Shown here piece after piece: positions 29,838 through 39,670 of a stretch of DNA of 64,000 bases (within the stretch, counting starts at the first letter, position 1; every line of letters begins with the position of its first letter). Both the position numbers and the translations under genes were made by a program. The notes beneath the pieces were generated by a model, which was not told the DNA's origin, ran no database searches, and was given only the letters and a program-made list of their open reading frames with translations. Source of the stretch: a virus; IMG/VR virus record IMGVR_UViG_3300028920_000037, positions 1 to 64,000 of that record. The stretch is one strand, 5' to 3'.

Positions 29838-30506
29838 ATGGCTCGTCTTTTTTTGACACAGCGCGAAGTAGACTTCATTTCTGACATCACGAAGGAAGTC
29901 GTGAAGGATGTCGTGGGCCAGAAGATCTACTACTACCCAATTTCAGAAGAAAGGACGCAGGCACATCCTGTTTATGATGAAGCGATCCGAAAGATCTTCG
30001 ATCAGCCGATCGAGATCGAGGCGCTGATCGACAACTCGTTCGAGAAGGATACTGTCATCAACCAGTTCGGTATCGACAAGGACTACAAGATTGAGGTCTT
30101 CATCCACTACAGGGACATGATCGAACGCGGAATCCAGTGTAGCATCGGAGACTTCTTCACGTTCTCAGACGTCATCTTTGAGGTCACTGAGGTACGTGTC
30201 ATGCGAAACATCTACGGTCTAGCAGAACATCCAGAAGGTGTCAGACTCGTTGGTTCACCCGCACGTCAGGAGTCGATCGATATCTATATCAAGGGTCCAA
30301 CAGACATCGGATACTCGGACGATGATGCTGTTCAGAAGACGTTTGTGCAGCAGCGCGGTTACGAGTCGAACGAGCTCGGCGACACCGCCGACCAGCGAGC
30401 GCTTGTTGATAACGGCGTGCTTGATCCTCCGTTGACGGGACCGAAGCAGGTATCGGAGAAGGGTGACGTGAAGGGCAGGAACGCGTTTTACGGTGAAGAG
30501 GATTGA
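29838..30506 (+). CDS. Neck/head-closure protein (gp14-like)
   Basis: GQKIYYY, VYDEA..KIF, FGID, IGDFF; synteny after gp13-like. Confidence 0.7.
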   Translation: MARLFLTQREVDFISDITKEVVKDVVGQKIYYYPISEERTQAHPVYDEAIRKIFDQPIEIEALIDNSFEKDTVINQFGIDKDYKIEVFIHYRDMIERGIQCSIGDFFTFSDVIFEVTEVRVMRNIYGLAEHPEGVRLVGSPARQESIDIYIKGPTDIGYSDDDAVQKTFVQQRGYESNELGDTADQRALVDNGVLDPPLTGPKQVSEKGDVKGRNAFYGEED

Positions 30507-31801
30507 TGACGACTAGGTTTACAGCGAATAGTAGCGGTCTACGTTCTGGATACGACAATGCGAACGTTTCGACGGACGTAACGATCCCTGCGTGTGGTGT
30601 CGAAGACGTTGATGTTGCTGTCTTTAGTCTTTTCAATGAGGAGATCCCGCTCCAGGTGTCAGCAAAGGAGGGCCTGAAGCGCGCAAAGGTCATATTTGCA
30701 GCCGGAGAGAAGTGGGCTGTCATCAAGAAAAAGAAGGACATCCGAGACAGACAGGGGCGACTGATCCTGCCACTCGTGACAGTCGGAAGGACGAACATCG
30801 TCCAAGATCCAGTTCAAGACATCACAGGACGTGGCATCAACCAACAGACAGGTGAGCTTAGGGTCCTGCGTAGGTTATCGAAGAACGATAGGACCTATCA
30901 GAACCTCATCAATAGGCTGTTTATCAAGAACCAGATGAACCTAGCAGTGAATCCCGACCAGGGTGTATCACCGCTGCCCGGACAGCTGACAACGACACGC
31001 ACAGTCGGTGACCTTGCGGCAAATCCAGACATCGTTGACGGAGCGTACCTCGCTCCTGTCAGGAACGACAACGTCTGGGAGACAATAACCATTCCAGCAC
31101 CTCAGTTCTTCACCGCGAACTACGAGGTGACGTTCTGGACGCAGTACACGGCACACATGACCGAAATGGTTCAGATGTTCATTGCAGCCCAGCTTCCGCA
31201 GGGTAACGCGTTTAGGATCTCGAACCCTGCGAATGACGGGTACTGGTTCGTTGCGAACGTTGAAGGGAACGAATACAATCCTGAGAACAACTTCGACAAC
31301 ATGTTTGAACAGGAAAGGGTGATCAAGTACACGTTCAACCTGAGGGTACCTGCATACGTTCTTGCAACTGATACACCCGGAGCGCCTATTCCTGTCAGGC
31401 GAAACCTCAGTGCGACAAGTATTGAGTTCGAGTCTGCAATCGGTGATGTTACAAAGTCTGACGCGACCGGTGACGACGATCCCTGGTTCGGAGCAGATGA
31501 TCCAACGCTTCCATACGATACGGATACACCTGAACGCCTACTTGGTATCGACAAGCGTAGGACCGGACATCCTCGGCTCGGCATCAGGACAAACGTACAT
31601 CCAGACGATCCTGCGCTTCGTAGTTATCCTCGAGGAACGACTCCGGCAAAGTACCTAAAGGTCCGCGTTGTTGGGCAGGATGGGAACGTAGGAATCAGAA
31701 ATGTTCGTATAACATCTACGAATCCACATACAGGTGAGTCGACGTTCTCCGCTCGAGACCTAACGCTGGGCGGATTCTCCTTGGTTGTCGTAGACGAGTG
31801 A
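30506..31801 (+). CDS. Tail completion/sheath stabiliser (gp15-like)
   Basis: EKW..RD..G.LILP, YEVTFWTQY; between neck and sheath. Confidence 0.65.
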   Translation: MTTRFTANSSGLRSGYDNANVSTDVTIPACGVEDVDVAVFSLFNEEIPLQVSAKEGLKRAKVIFAAGEKWAVIKKKKDIRDRQGRLILPLVTVGRTNIVQDPVQDITGRGINQQTGELRVLRRLSKNDRTYQNLINRLFIKNQMNLAVNPDQGVSPLPGQLTTTRTVGDLAANPDIVDGAYLAPVRNDNVWETITIPAPQFFTANYEVTFWTQYTAHMTEMVQMFIAAQLPQGNAFRISNPANDGYWFVANVEGNEYNPENNFDNMFEQERVIKYTFNLRVPAYVLATDTPGAPIPVRRNLSATSIEFESAIGDVTKSDATGDDDPWFGADDPTLPYDTDTPERLLGIDKRRTGHPRLGIRTNVHPDDPALRSYPRGTTPAKYLKVRVVGQDGNVGIRNVRITSTNPHTGESTFSARDLTLGGFSLVVVDE

Positions 31802-31825
31802 ACGGTCTTTTGGCTTCGTCGTCAA

Positions 31826-31831
31826 TACTTA
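31826..31831 (+). promoter_or_regulatory. Putative late promoter motif TACTTA
   Basis: Recurrent motif upstream of sheath 1. Confidence 0.55.
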
Positions 31832-31865
31832 TTCGAGATTCCTCACCGTTGTTAAGGAGAACGGC

Positions 31866-34800
31866 ATGCCTGAGCAGACTTTTAGGTCCCCAAATTTCTT
31901 TGAGAGGGAAATTAACCTCTCAGCGCCCGCAGTAGGCGGTCCTGTCGGGACTCCGGCGGGTGTCATCGGTACATCGAACAGGGGACCGGCATTCGTGCCT
32001 GTTACTGTTGCCAAGATGACTGAATTTGAAGAGGTCTTTGGCACACTCGATCCGAAGAAGTTCGGGCCGTACGCAGTGAACGAATTCCTGAAACACAAGA
32101 CTGCCCTGACCTTCCTGAGGGTCTTGGGTGCGGGTGCGAATGAATCCGAAGGTGACATCCTCGCCTATGAGACGACCGGCCGCGTGCGTAACGCAGGTCT
32201 AAAGGTCGAAGGTATTTCACCGGCGATTTCAGGTTCCGATGGTCAAGATAGCAGGCACACCGGAGTCGTGCAGTTCATCTCAGCTCGGCACCAGGTGACT
32301 GTAAACGAGGCATACGGAAACCCGATGTTTACCGATAACAACTCGGTGAGTGGAACAATTATCAACCTTGTTCGAGGTATGATAATCACGCCAACCGGGT
32401 CGAGGGTCATGGTGCTGGGCGGCGATGAACAGGTTACTACAGCATCATTTGTTCTGTCGGCTTCGAATACAGCGCCCTATGATTATGCTGCAACAGGATC
32501 CATTTTTGCGCCCGATAAGTTCAAACTTATCATTTCGTCTACGTTGGGCAATGTGTTCTACAACACAGACGGTCAGGCGGGTATCAAGATCTTTACTGCG
32601 TCACTTGATCCATCATCGGACGACTACTACGCCAAGATCCTCAACACCGATCCCGATAGGCTGATAACCGATCAACATGTCCTCTACGCAGACTTCCCGG
32701 TCGATGCAGAAGTGGCCGCGGCAGTTGATGTTGGAATCCTCTCTGGCACTGCAGGTACGACAGATTCTGGTGGCGAGACGACAACCTCGTTTAGAGCGCT
32801 TTTCGGTGCGTTCGATACGAGGTACACGACCCCGAAGACAACGTGGTTCATTTCGCAGCCGTTCGGCAACACCGAATACGACCTATTCTACTTCGAGACG
32901 CTCGACGACGGCGAGTATGCGAACAAGCTATTTAAGGTCTCAATCTCAAACATCCAGAAGTCTGTAGACGATTCGAACCCGTACGGAACCTTCAACGTTG
33001 AGATCAGGTCCTGGGAAGATACTGATACGAATCCTCGGGTCCTTGAACTCTTCCCAAACTGCTCGCTCGATCCAAAGTCAGACAATTACGTTGCGAAGGT
33101 CATCGGTGATAGGAAGATCTATTACAACTTTGATGCAACAGTAGAATCAGAACGTCGTGTTGCTACAAGTGGAAGGTATTCGAATGTTTCGAAGTACGTT
33201 CGCATTAGGATGGCAGACCAGGTCGATCGTAAGGTCATTCCTGGAGAGGCGCTTCCGTTTGGATTCCGCGGCGCGAAGGTTTTGAAGACCACTCCATACA
33301 ACAGGGACTATGATGTCACCGCCGACGAGGCGAGGGTAGCTGGCGTCCTTTCGGGTGACGGTGAGGCGCTTTCTGGTTCGATCCTACCGCCTGTACCGAT
33401 GAGGTTCAAGGTTACCCGTGGAGAGAGGCTTAATGGTGGTGGATTTGTCGGTGCGCCGAGTGTTACTGAGCTTGCGAACTCAATCTTCTATTGGGGTGTC
33501 AGGTTTGAGAGGCTGACAGATGTTCTCAATCCGAACATCATCACCGAGAAGAACGCGCTCCTTGAGAACTACACCAAGTTCCTCGGCATCGAGAAGCTTG
33601 ATGTCCTTGTGACAGGTTCTGGTGCGGACGACTTCAACCATAATAAGTTCTCGCTTTCCAAGGTTGCTCTCGCGGCTGGTACAGTTTCCGATCTTACAGC
33701 GTCTGTGAACGATCATATGAAGGAAGCAGCGTACTTCAGGAACGGCAAGCTCGACCTTACGAGATACACAGTTCTTGATAATTCAAATTCATCTGGAAGC
33801 TGGAACAGGATGACCTTTGCAACGCTGCTTACGGAAGGTACAGCCGCAGAGTTTAATAGGTACAGCCCGTACGCCAAGTTCACGAACTTCTTCCAGGGAG
33901 GATACGACGGCGTCAACTTCCTCGATCGTGATGCGCGAAGGATGAACGACAAGTCAACATCGTTCGAGGCAAACGGTGGTGCAGAAGCAACGTACACGAG
34001 CCCAGGCTATGCGACGAACATGAATGGAACGGGACAGGACAACTCGAACGTCGCATCGTACAAAGCAGCGATCAATATCATGACCGATCCAATGATCGTG
34101 AACCACAACGTGCTTGTCGTCCCAGGCATCAGGGAATCGTTCCTTACAGATTTCGCGTCCGATTCAGTGAGGGACTACGGTCTGGCATACTACGTTATGG
34201 ACATTGCGTCCTACAATGATGATGCGGCACGACTCTACGATGACGATACTTCAAGGCCGTCTGTCATCAAGACGTCAGCTCAGTTCGAGAGCCGCGTCGT
34301 TGACAACAACTTCGTGGGAACATATTGGCCAGACATCGTCATCGACGACGAGGTGAATAACCGTCGTGTTGCAGTTCCTGCTTCGATCGCAGCTGTCGGT
34401 GCCTTGGGCTTCAACGACAAGGTCAGGTACCCGTGGTTTGCGCCGGCTGGATTCAATAGGGCATCACTTGACTTCGTCAAGAATGTCAAGGTTCGCCTGA
34501 ACGTCGGTGACCGTGATACCCTCTACGATGCACGCATCAACCCGATCGCCACCTTCCCACGCCAGGGATTCGCGATCTGGGGGCAGAAGACGTTGCAGAT
34601 TAACAAGAGCGCCCTCGACCGCGTCAACGTACGTCGAATGCTGCTCGAGGTCAAGCGTATCATCATCAATATCGCTCGTCGCATCACCTTTGAGCAGAAC
34701 ACGCCAGAGGTCAGGAACAACTTTGTTGCACAGTCAACGCTGCAGCTTGGTGTGATCCAGGCACAGGCGGGAATCGAACAGTTCAAGGTCGTGATGAACG

Positions 34801-34931
34801 AATCGAACAACACACAGGAAGACATCGATCTGAACAGGCTCAACGGTCGCGTTGTGGTCGTGCCGACGAGGACAATCGAATTCATTGCGATTGACTTCAT
34901 TGTGACCCGCGCCGGCGTGGAGTTCGTGTGA
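31866..34931 (+). CDS. Tail sheath protein 1
   Basis: SP..FEREI, GPAFVP, PWFAPAGFNR, WGQKTLQ..SALDRVNVRR, EFIAIDF. Confidence 0.95.
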   Translation: MPEQTFRSPNFFEREINLSAPAVGGPVGTPAGVIGTSNRGPAFVPVTVAKMTEFEEVFGTLDPKKFGPYAVNEFLKHKTALTFLRVLGAGANESEGDILAYETTGRVRNAGLKVEGISPAISGSDGQDSRHTGVVQFISARHQVTVNEAYGNPMFTDNNSVSGTIINLVRGMIITPTGSRVMVLGGDEQVTTASFVLSASNTAPYDYAATGSIFAPDKFKLIISSTLGNVFYNTDGQAGIKIFTASLDPSSDDYYAKILNTDPDRLITDQHVLYADFPVDAEVAAAVDVGILSGTAGTTDSGGETTTSFRALFGAFDTRYTTPKTTWFISQPFGNTEYDLFYFETLDDGEYANKLFKVSISNIQKSVDDSNPYGTFNVEIRSWEDTDTNPRVLELFPNCSLDPKSDNYVAKVIGDRKIYYNFDATVESERRVATSGRYSNVSKYVRIRMADQVDRKVIPGEALPFGFRGAKVLKTTPYNRDYDVTADEARVAGVLSGDGEALSGSILPPVPMRFKVTRGERLNGGGFVGAPSVTELANSIFYWGVRFERLTDVLNPNIITEKNALLENYTKFLGIEKLDVLVTGSGADDFNHNKFSLSKVALAAGTVSDLTASVNDHMKEAAYFRNGKLDLTRYTVLDNSNSSGSWNRMTFATLLTEGTAAEFNRYSPYAKFTNFFQGGYDGVNFLDRDARRMNDKSTSFEANGGAEATYTSPGYATNMNGTGQDNSNVASYKAAINIMTDPMIVNHNVLVVPGIRESFLTDFASDSVRDYGLAYYVMDIASYNDDAARLYDDDTSRPSVIKTSAQFESRVVDNNFVGTYWPDIVIDDEVNNRRVAVPASIAAVGALGFNDKVRYPWFAPAGFNRASLDFVKNVKVRLNVGDRDTLYDARINPIATFPRQGFAIWGQKTLQINKSALDRVNVRRMLLEVKRIIINIARRITFEQNTPEVRNNFVAQSTLQLGVIQAQAGIEQFKVVMNESNNTQEDIDLNRLNGRVVVVPTRTIEFIAIDFIVTRAGVEFV

Positions 34932-34933
34932 TA

Positions 34934-35128
34934 ATGTTCTACGTTTATGTTGACTATCGTGAGGATTCAGGCGAGCCCTTTTATGTTGGAAAATGTAAGA
35001 GAGCTCGCGTTGACGACTATGTTCGACGTAATCGTAAGTGGCATAATATTGCTGATTTTGCGGTACGTGGTTCAAAATCAAAATTTTTGTTTGAATGGGC
35101 AAAACGGCTTGGGGTTACTGGCGAATGA
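34934..35128 (+). pseudogene. Truncated GIY-YIG endonuclease remnant
   Basis: FYVYVDY...PFYVGK N-terminus only, 64 aa, AT-rich. Confidence 0.65.
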
Positions 35129-35197
35129 CATGGAAGCACGTGCCATGACGTCTAAAAGGTTGATGGCACAATATCTAGTAGATAATCGGAGGCAATT

Positions 35198-38100
35198 TTG
35201 GCACAACTGAGATTCGGAAGCGCGGGCGTAACTGCAAGGGAAATCGATCTCTCAGCGCCGGTGAAGAGGTCACCGGTCGGAGTGCCCGCAGGTGTCATCG
35301 GAACGACAACGCGGGGCCCAGCATTCGTACCCATCACCGTCGGCCTGACGGACGACTTCTTTGCCAAGTTTGGTGCTACCGACGGTGAGAAGTTCGGCCC
35401 GCTTGCGGTCGTCGAGTGGTTGAGGAACGCCGGAGCGGTGACGTACATTCGCGTCATGGGAGTCGGCGATGGTCGCAAGAGGGTTACCGATGGTGTCCTC
35501 GCAGGTTCAGTCACGAACGCAGGGTTCGTCGTTGGTGAAGAGGAACCGAGGGAGACCGACGGCGCGCTTTCACCGAACCCGTACGCAAACGCAGGTGGAT
35601 CATCAGGAAGGACCTACTTCCTTGGTTGCCTCATGAGTGAGTCGGCCGGTTCGACGGTGTTCAGCTACGCCGGTCTGCATGATTCTGGCAACGATCCCAA
35701 CGCGCTTCCAATCGTTCGAGGCGTCCTGATGACGCCTTCGGGGGTCATCGCCAAGCTCGAGTCTTCCGGCACGATCGGAGCGTCAGCTCCGAATGCAGAC
35801 CTAATCGCCTCTGAGACGACGGCCACCGGTTCGGTCACGGGTTCTGTCACTCTGATGGAAGGCAACACTGCGAAGCAGGAGTTCGTTGTCCTGCTGAACG
35901 GACACAAGGGTACGGACACGCTGTATCCGAACGTTCTGACGGCGTCGTTCGATATGACGGCTCCGAACTATTTCGCGAACGTGTTCAACACGGATCCATA
36001 CAACTTCCAGAAGGCGGGTCACTGCCTCTACACCTACTGGGACGTTCACAGCGCCACAGCAACGGTGACGGGTTCGGGTATCTCGGTTTCTGGATCGTCT
36101 GCAGTTGCCGAGCTTGCGTTCTTGGCGAATGGTGCGCTTGACAGAAATGTCGGCAACTCTGAGGTTCCGAACTACGAAAACTTCGAAGATAGGTTCTCAT
36201 ACGCCAAGACGCCTTGGCTGGTCTCGCAGCGCTTTGGTGGAACGAGGTACAACCTCTTTAGGCTCCACGCATTGGATGCTGGTGCGGATATTTCGTCAGT
36301 CTACAAGTTCTCGATTGAAAACCTTGTAAACTCGACAGACCCGAATAACAAGTACGGTTCATTCGACCTTGTCATCCGAGATTGGAATGACAGGGATACA
36401 GACCAGATTCCAGTCGAGGCATGGAGAGGTCTCACGCTCGATCCGAACTCTGATCGATACATTGCAAGGGTTGTCGGTGACGCGTTCGGGTTCTTCGACT
36501 TCGACAGGACTGAGTCAGAGCAGAAGCTCGTTGTTGAGGGACAGTACGAGAACCAGTCGAACATCGTCAGGGTCGAGGTCGCAACATCAGTTGAGAACGA
36601 AGCAGTCGATCCGACAGCCCTTCCAATCGGCGTCCGTGGTCCTTACCACCTTGTGACATCAGGTTCCGCACCACTCGCAACAGGATCCGCTGACAACAGC
36701 TGGATCAAGAACGCTGTCACTCCACCTATCCCGTTCAGGTCAGACATCACTCAGGGTTCGGGAGCAAAGCAGTCTGTACAGGCCCAGTACTACTGGGGCT
36801 ATCAGTTCGAGCATGTCACCAGCCTCACTACTCCGAATGCATCGACGTTGAAGAACAAGTCGATGAAGGCTCACGTGAAGTTCTTCCCGAGCTTTATGAC
36901 GAACACGATGAACTTCGTGGTCGGTGATAACGAGGGCACAGTCGATACGGCAGCGAACGGAATCGTCGACGCTGATAGATTCAACAGGGGACTGTTCACG
37001 CTCGAAAACCTCCAGGTCGTCACGAGCTCTGCGGGTACTGCTGACCCGAACGCTTGGGCATCGGCAGTCTACGTCAGGGATGGTAACATCACTGCAGACG
37101 ATTCAGCAAAGACACGAAGGCTTCAGACGTCAGATTTTACTCAGCCGAATAGGCGCTTCCTGAAGTTCAACTTCTTCATGCAGGGTGGCTTCGACGGAAC
37201 GAACATCTTTGACAGAGACGAGGCTGCGTTGACAAACAACGCAGTCCGTGCCGATATCGACGATGTTGGTCGAGGCCAGAACAACGGTCCGAACGTCAGG
37301 GCGTTCGTCAAGGCGATCGACATCATGAGCAACGTTGTTGCGACAGACATCCAGCTGCTTGCGATCCCAGGCATCCGTACCCCGCTTGTCACCAACTACG
37401 CTGTCGAGCAGACGGAGGCTCGCTTCGATGCCATGTACATCATGGACATCGAGGAGATGGACACCCAGAACAACCGCGTCAGGTCAGGTTCACAGCCAGT
37501 GTCGGTGTCGTACACCTCGACGGACTTTGCATCACGTGCGATGGACAATAGCTTCGGTGCAGCGTACTTCCCAGACGTCCTCTTGACCGATCCGATGACA
37601 GAGACAAACCTCTTCGTCCCACCTTCGGTCGTCGTCTTGGGTGCGATGGCTCTGAACGATGCGGTTGGACACCCATGGTTCGCTCCAGCAGGTTTCACAC
37701 GTGGTGCGCTTCCGACGGCACTCGAGACGAGAGTGCAGCTCAGCAAGGACAACATGGACGCGTTGTACGACGTGAACATCAACCCGCTAACGAGCTTTCC
37801 GGGCAACGCACAGTCGGGTACAAACCCAAAGGGTGGTGTCATCGTCTGGGGACAGCGTACCCTGCAACAGGCGGCATCTGCACTCGATCGTGTCAACGTG
37901 CGTCGCCTCCTGATCGACATCAGGCGCCAGGTCAGACTGATCGCTAATACGATCGTCTTTGAACCGAATCGAGAGGCGACGCTTGCGAAATTCTCTGCCG
38001 CGGTCACTCCGCGCCTGCAGAGAGTCCAGGCGCTCTCTGGGCTCGAGAGGTTCAGGGTCGTGATCGATTCAAGCACAACGACCCAGCAGGATATTGAACA

Positions 38101-38200
38101 GAATACAATTCGGGGCAAGATTTTTGTCCAACCTACGAAAACGGTTGAGTTTGTATCGCTGGACTTCGTGGTGGCAAATAATATTCAACAGGTTCAGTAA
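35198..38200 (+). CDS. Tail sheath protein 2
   Basis: TTG start with GGAGG RBS; GPAFVP, PWFAPAGFTRG, WGQRTLQ..SALDRVNVRR. Confidence 0.95.
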   Translation: MAQLRFGSAGVTAREIDLSAPVKRSPVGVPAGVIGTTTRGPAFVPITVGLTDDFFAKFGATDGEKFGPLAVVEWLRNAGAVTYIRVMGVGDGRKRVTDGVLAGSVTNAGFVVGEEEPRETDGALSPNPYANAGGSSGRTYFLGCLMSESAGSTVFSYAGLHDSGNDPNALPIVRGVLMTPSGVIAKLESSGTIGASAPNADLIASETTATGSVTGSVTLMEGNTAKQEFVVLLNGHKGTDTLYPNVLTASFDMTAPNYFANVFNTDPYNFQKAGHCLYTYWDVHSATATVTGSGISVSGSSAVAELAFLANGALDRNVGNSEVPNYENFEDRFSYAKTPWLVSQRFGGTRYNLFRLHALDAGADISSVYKFSIENLVNSTDPNNKYGSFDLVIRDWNDRDTDQIPVEAWRGLTLDPNSDRYIARVVGDAFGFFDFDRTESEQKLVVEGQYENQSNIVRVEVATSVENEAVDPTALPIGVRGPYHLVTSGSAPLATGSADNSWIKNAVTPPIPFRSDITQGSGAKQSVQAQYYWGYQFEHVTSLTTPNASTLKNKSMKAHVKFFPSFMTNTMNFVVGDNEGTVDTAANGIVDADRFNRGLFTLENLQVVTSSAGTADPNAWASAVYVRDGNITADDSAKTRRLQTSDFTQPNRRFLKFNFFMQGGFDGTNIFDRDEAALTNNAVRADIDDVGRGQNNGPNVRAFVKAIDIMSNVVATDIQLLAIPGIRTPLVTNYAVEQTEARFDAMYIMDIEEMDTQNNRVRSGSQPVSVSYTSTDFASRAMDNSFGAAYFPDVLLTDPMTETNLFVPPSVVVLGAMALNDAVGHPWFAPAGFTRGALPTALETRVQLSKDNMDALYDVNINPLTSFPGNAQSGTNPKGGVIVWGQRTLQQAASALDRVNVRRLLIDIRRQVRLIANTIVFEPNREATLAKFSAAVTPRLQRVQALSGLERFRVVIDSSTTTQQDIEQNTIRGKIFVQPTKTVEFVSLDFVVANNIQQVQ

Positions 38201-38222
38201 AGCAAACATTCTAAAATTGTTG

Positions 38223-38258
38223 GAAGGCGATGATTATGTCATCGCCTTCTTGTATTTT
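38223..38258 (+). terminator. Rho-independent terminator after sheath 2
   Basis: GAAGGCGATGA-ttatg-TCATCGCCTTC then TTGTATTTT. Confidence 0.8.
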
Positions 38259-38272
38259 AATATTATTGTGTT

Positions 38273-39199
38273 ATGTACGGTATCATTTATGTCATAACAA
38301 ATAACGTAAACGATAAAAAGTATGTTGGATTAACAACAAAAACGATTGAAGCTCGTTTCAAACAACACCAGCGAACTGCAAACAGAGGTAGCAAATATCC
38401 AATTCATTGTGCAATTCGCAAATATGGCATTGAAAATTTCACGTATGATGTCATACAAGAGTGCAGTACGTTTGATGAACTTAACGCAGCAGAAATCGAT
38501 TGGATAGCAAAGCTTTGCACAATCGAACAAGGTTATAACATCTGTGAAGGCGGAAGAGGTGTTCGAGGTACAGGAATTTGGGTCCATTCTGAAGATGCAA
38601 AAAGAAAAATTTCGATCGGAAATTCTGGAAAGGTACGTTCCCAAGAGACAAAGAAGAAGATCTCAGAATCAGTGAAACGAATAATGACAAAAGATCATAG
38701 GTTGAAGTGTACCTTAGGGTTGAGAACTCCAGAAGCGAGAAAAAAAATTGAAGAGAACAACTACGCCAAGCGAAGAAAGCCTGTGTACAGGTATAGTACG
38801 TTCGGTACTTACCTTGGTAGCTTTACGTGTTGTAGGGATGCAGGTAAAAGGTGTGAGGCAAATGCATCAAATATTCTTCAATGTTGTCATGGTAGAATTC
38901 CAACGGTACACGATAGTTTTTGGTCATTTGTTCCTTTAGATGACAACGATATAAAAAGACGTCAAGTATTTCTTGTTAAGTACAGGAAGCGCTGCGCAGT
39001 TGCTGCAATAAAGGATGATGTGGTCGTTGGCATCTTTACGTCTGCTAAGATTACTGCACGTTTTGGATTTTCACCACAGCAGGTAAAAAGGTCAATCAAG
39101 GGTTCCTGTAGGGATCATAAAGGCTACACGTGGAAGAAGGTCGCTAAATTAAGCGATAATGAACAGTTACAACTATTAGACGCAGTTTTTTGTGATTGA
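38273..39199 (+). CDS. GIY-YIG homing endonuclease with NUMOD3/NUMOD1-like motifs
   Basis: GIIYVITN..KKYVG..RFKQH; GYN; HSEDAKRKIS, SQETKKKIS; AT-rich. Confidence 0.9.
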   Translation: MYGIIYVITNNVNDKKYVGLTTKTIEARFKQHQRTANRGSKYPIHCAIRKYGIENFTYDVIQECSTFDELNAAEIDWIAKLCTIEQGYNICEGGRGVRGTGIWVHSEDAKRKISIGNSGKVRSQETKKKISESVKRIMTKDHRLKCTLGLRTPEARKKIEENNYAKRRKPVYRYSTFGTYLGSFTCCRDAGKRCEANASNILQCCHGRIPTVHDSFWSFVPLDDNDIKRRQVFLVKYRKRCAVAAIKDDVVVGIFTSAKITARFGFSPQQVKRSIKGSCRDHKGYTWKKVAKLSDNEQLQLLDAVFCD

Positions 39200-39313
39200 C
39201 GTTGCCCACAACCACAAAGAGACTTACAAAATCATCAAGCGGATTTGCGTGGTGATATATTGTCGAATAGTTAACCTAGCAGGTCCAGTGATCGGCAACG
39301 AGGAAACTGACAC

Positions 39314-39670
39314 ATGAAGAAAGTCGTGAAGCTTGATGCAAAGCAGCTCGGGGCGTTGGTCACGGGTATCGTCAAAGAGGAACGCCAGAAGATCGCGTCG
39401 GTAAAGGGCGGCGTGATCCGGATGACAGAGGCCAACCTCCGTAGGATCGTCCGTGAGGAACTGACCGAGATGCTCGGTACGCAGCCTCATGGTGTTGAAT
39501 TCAAGTCGGGTCAAGGTCAGAAGGGTCCGCTTGCGGGTGCAATGGATGACGCAAAGGTCGATCAACTCGCAAGCAAGCTCTCTGGGTTTGACCTCTCAGA
39601 CGAGGAGATCGACGCGCTCGTCAGCAAGCTCAAGGCAGAGGCGAGGAAGCGTCGCGGTCGACGCATCTAA
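39314..39670 (+). CDS. Small late hypothetical protein
   Basis: TAGTTA at 39268; GAGG RBS; LRRIVREEL motif. Confidence 0.65.
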   Translation: MKKVVKLDAKQLGALVTGIVKEERQKIASVKGGVIRMTEANLRRIVREELTEMLGTQPHGVEFKSGQGQKGPLAGAMDDAKVDQLASKLSGFDLSDEEIDALVSKLKAEARKRRGRRI

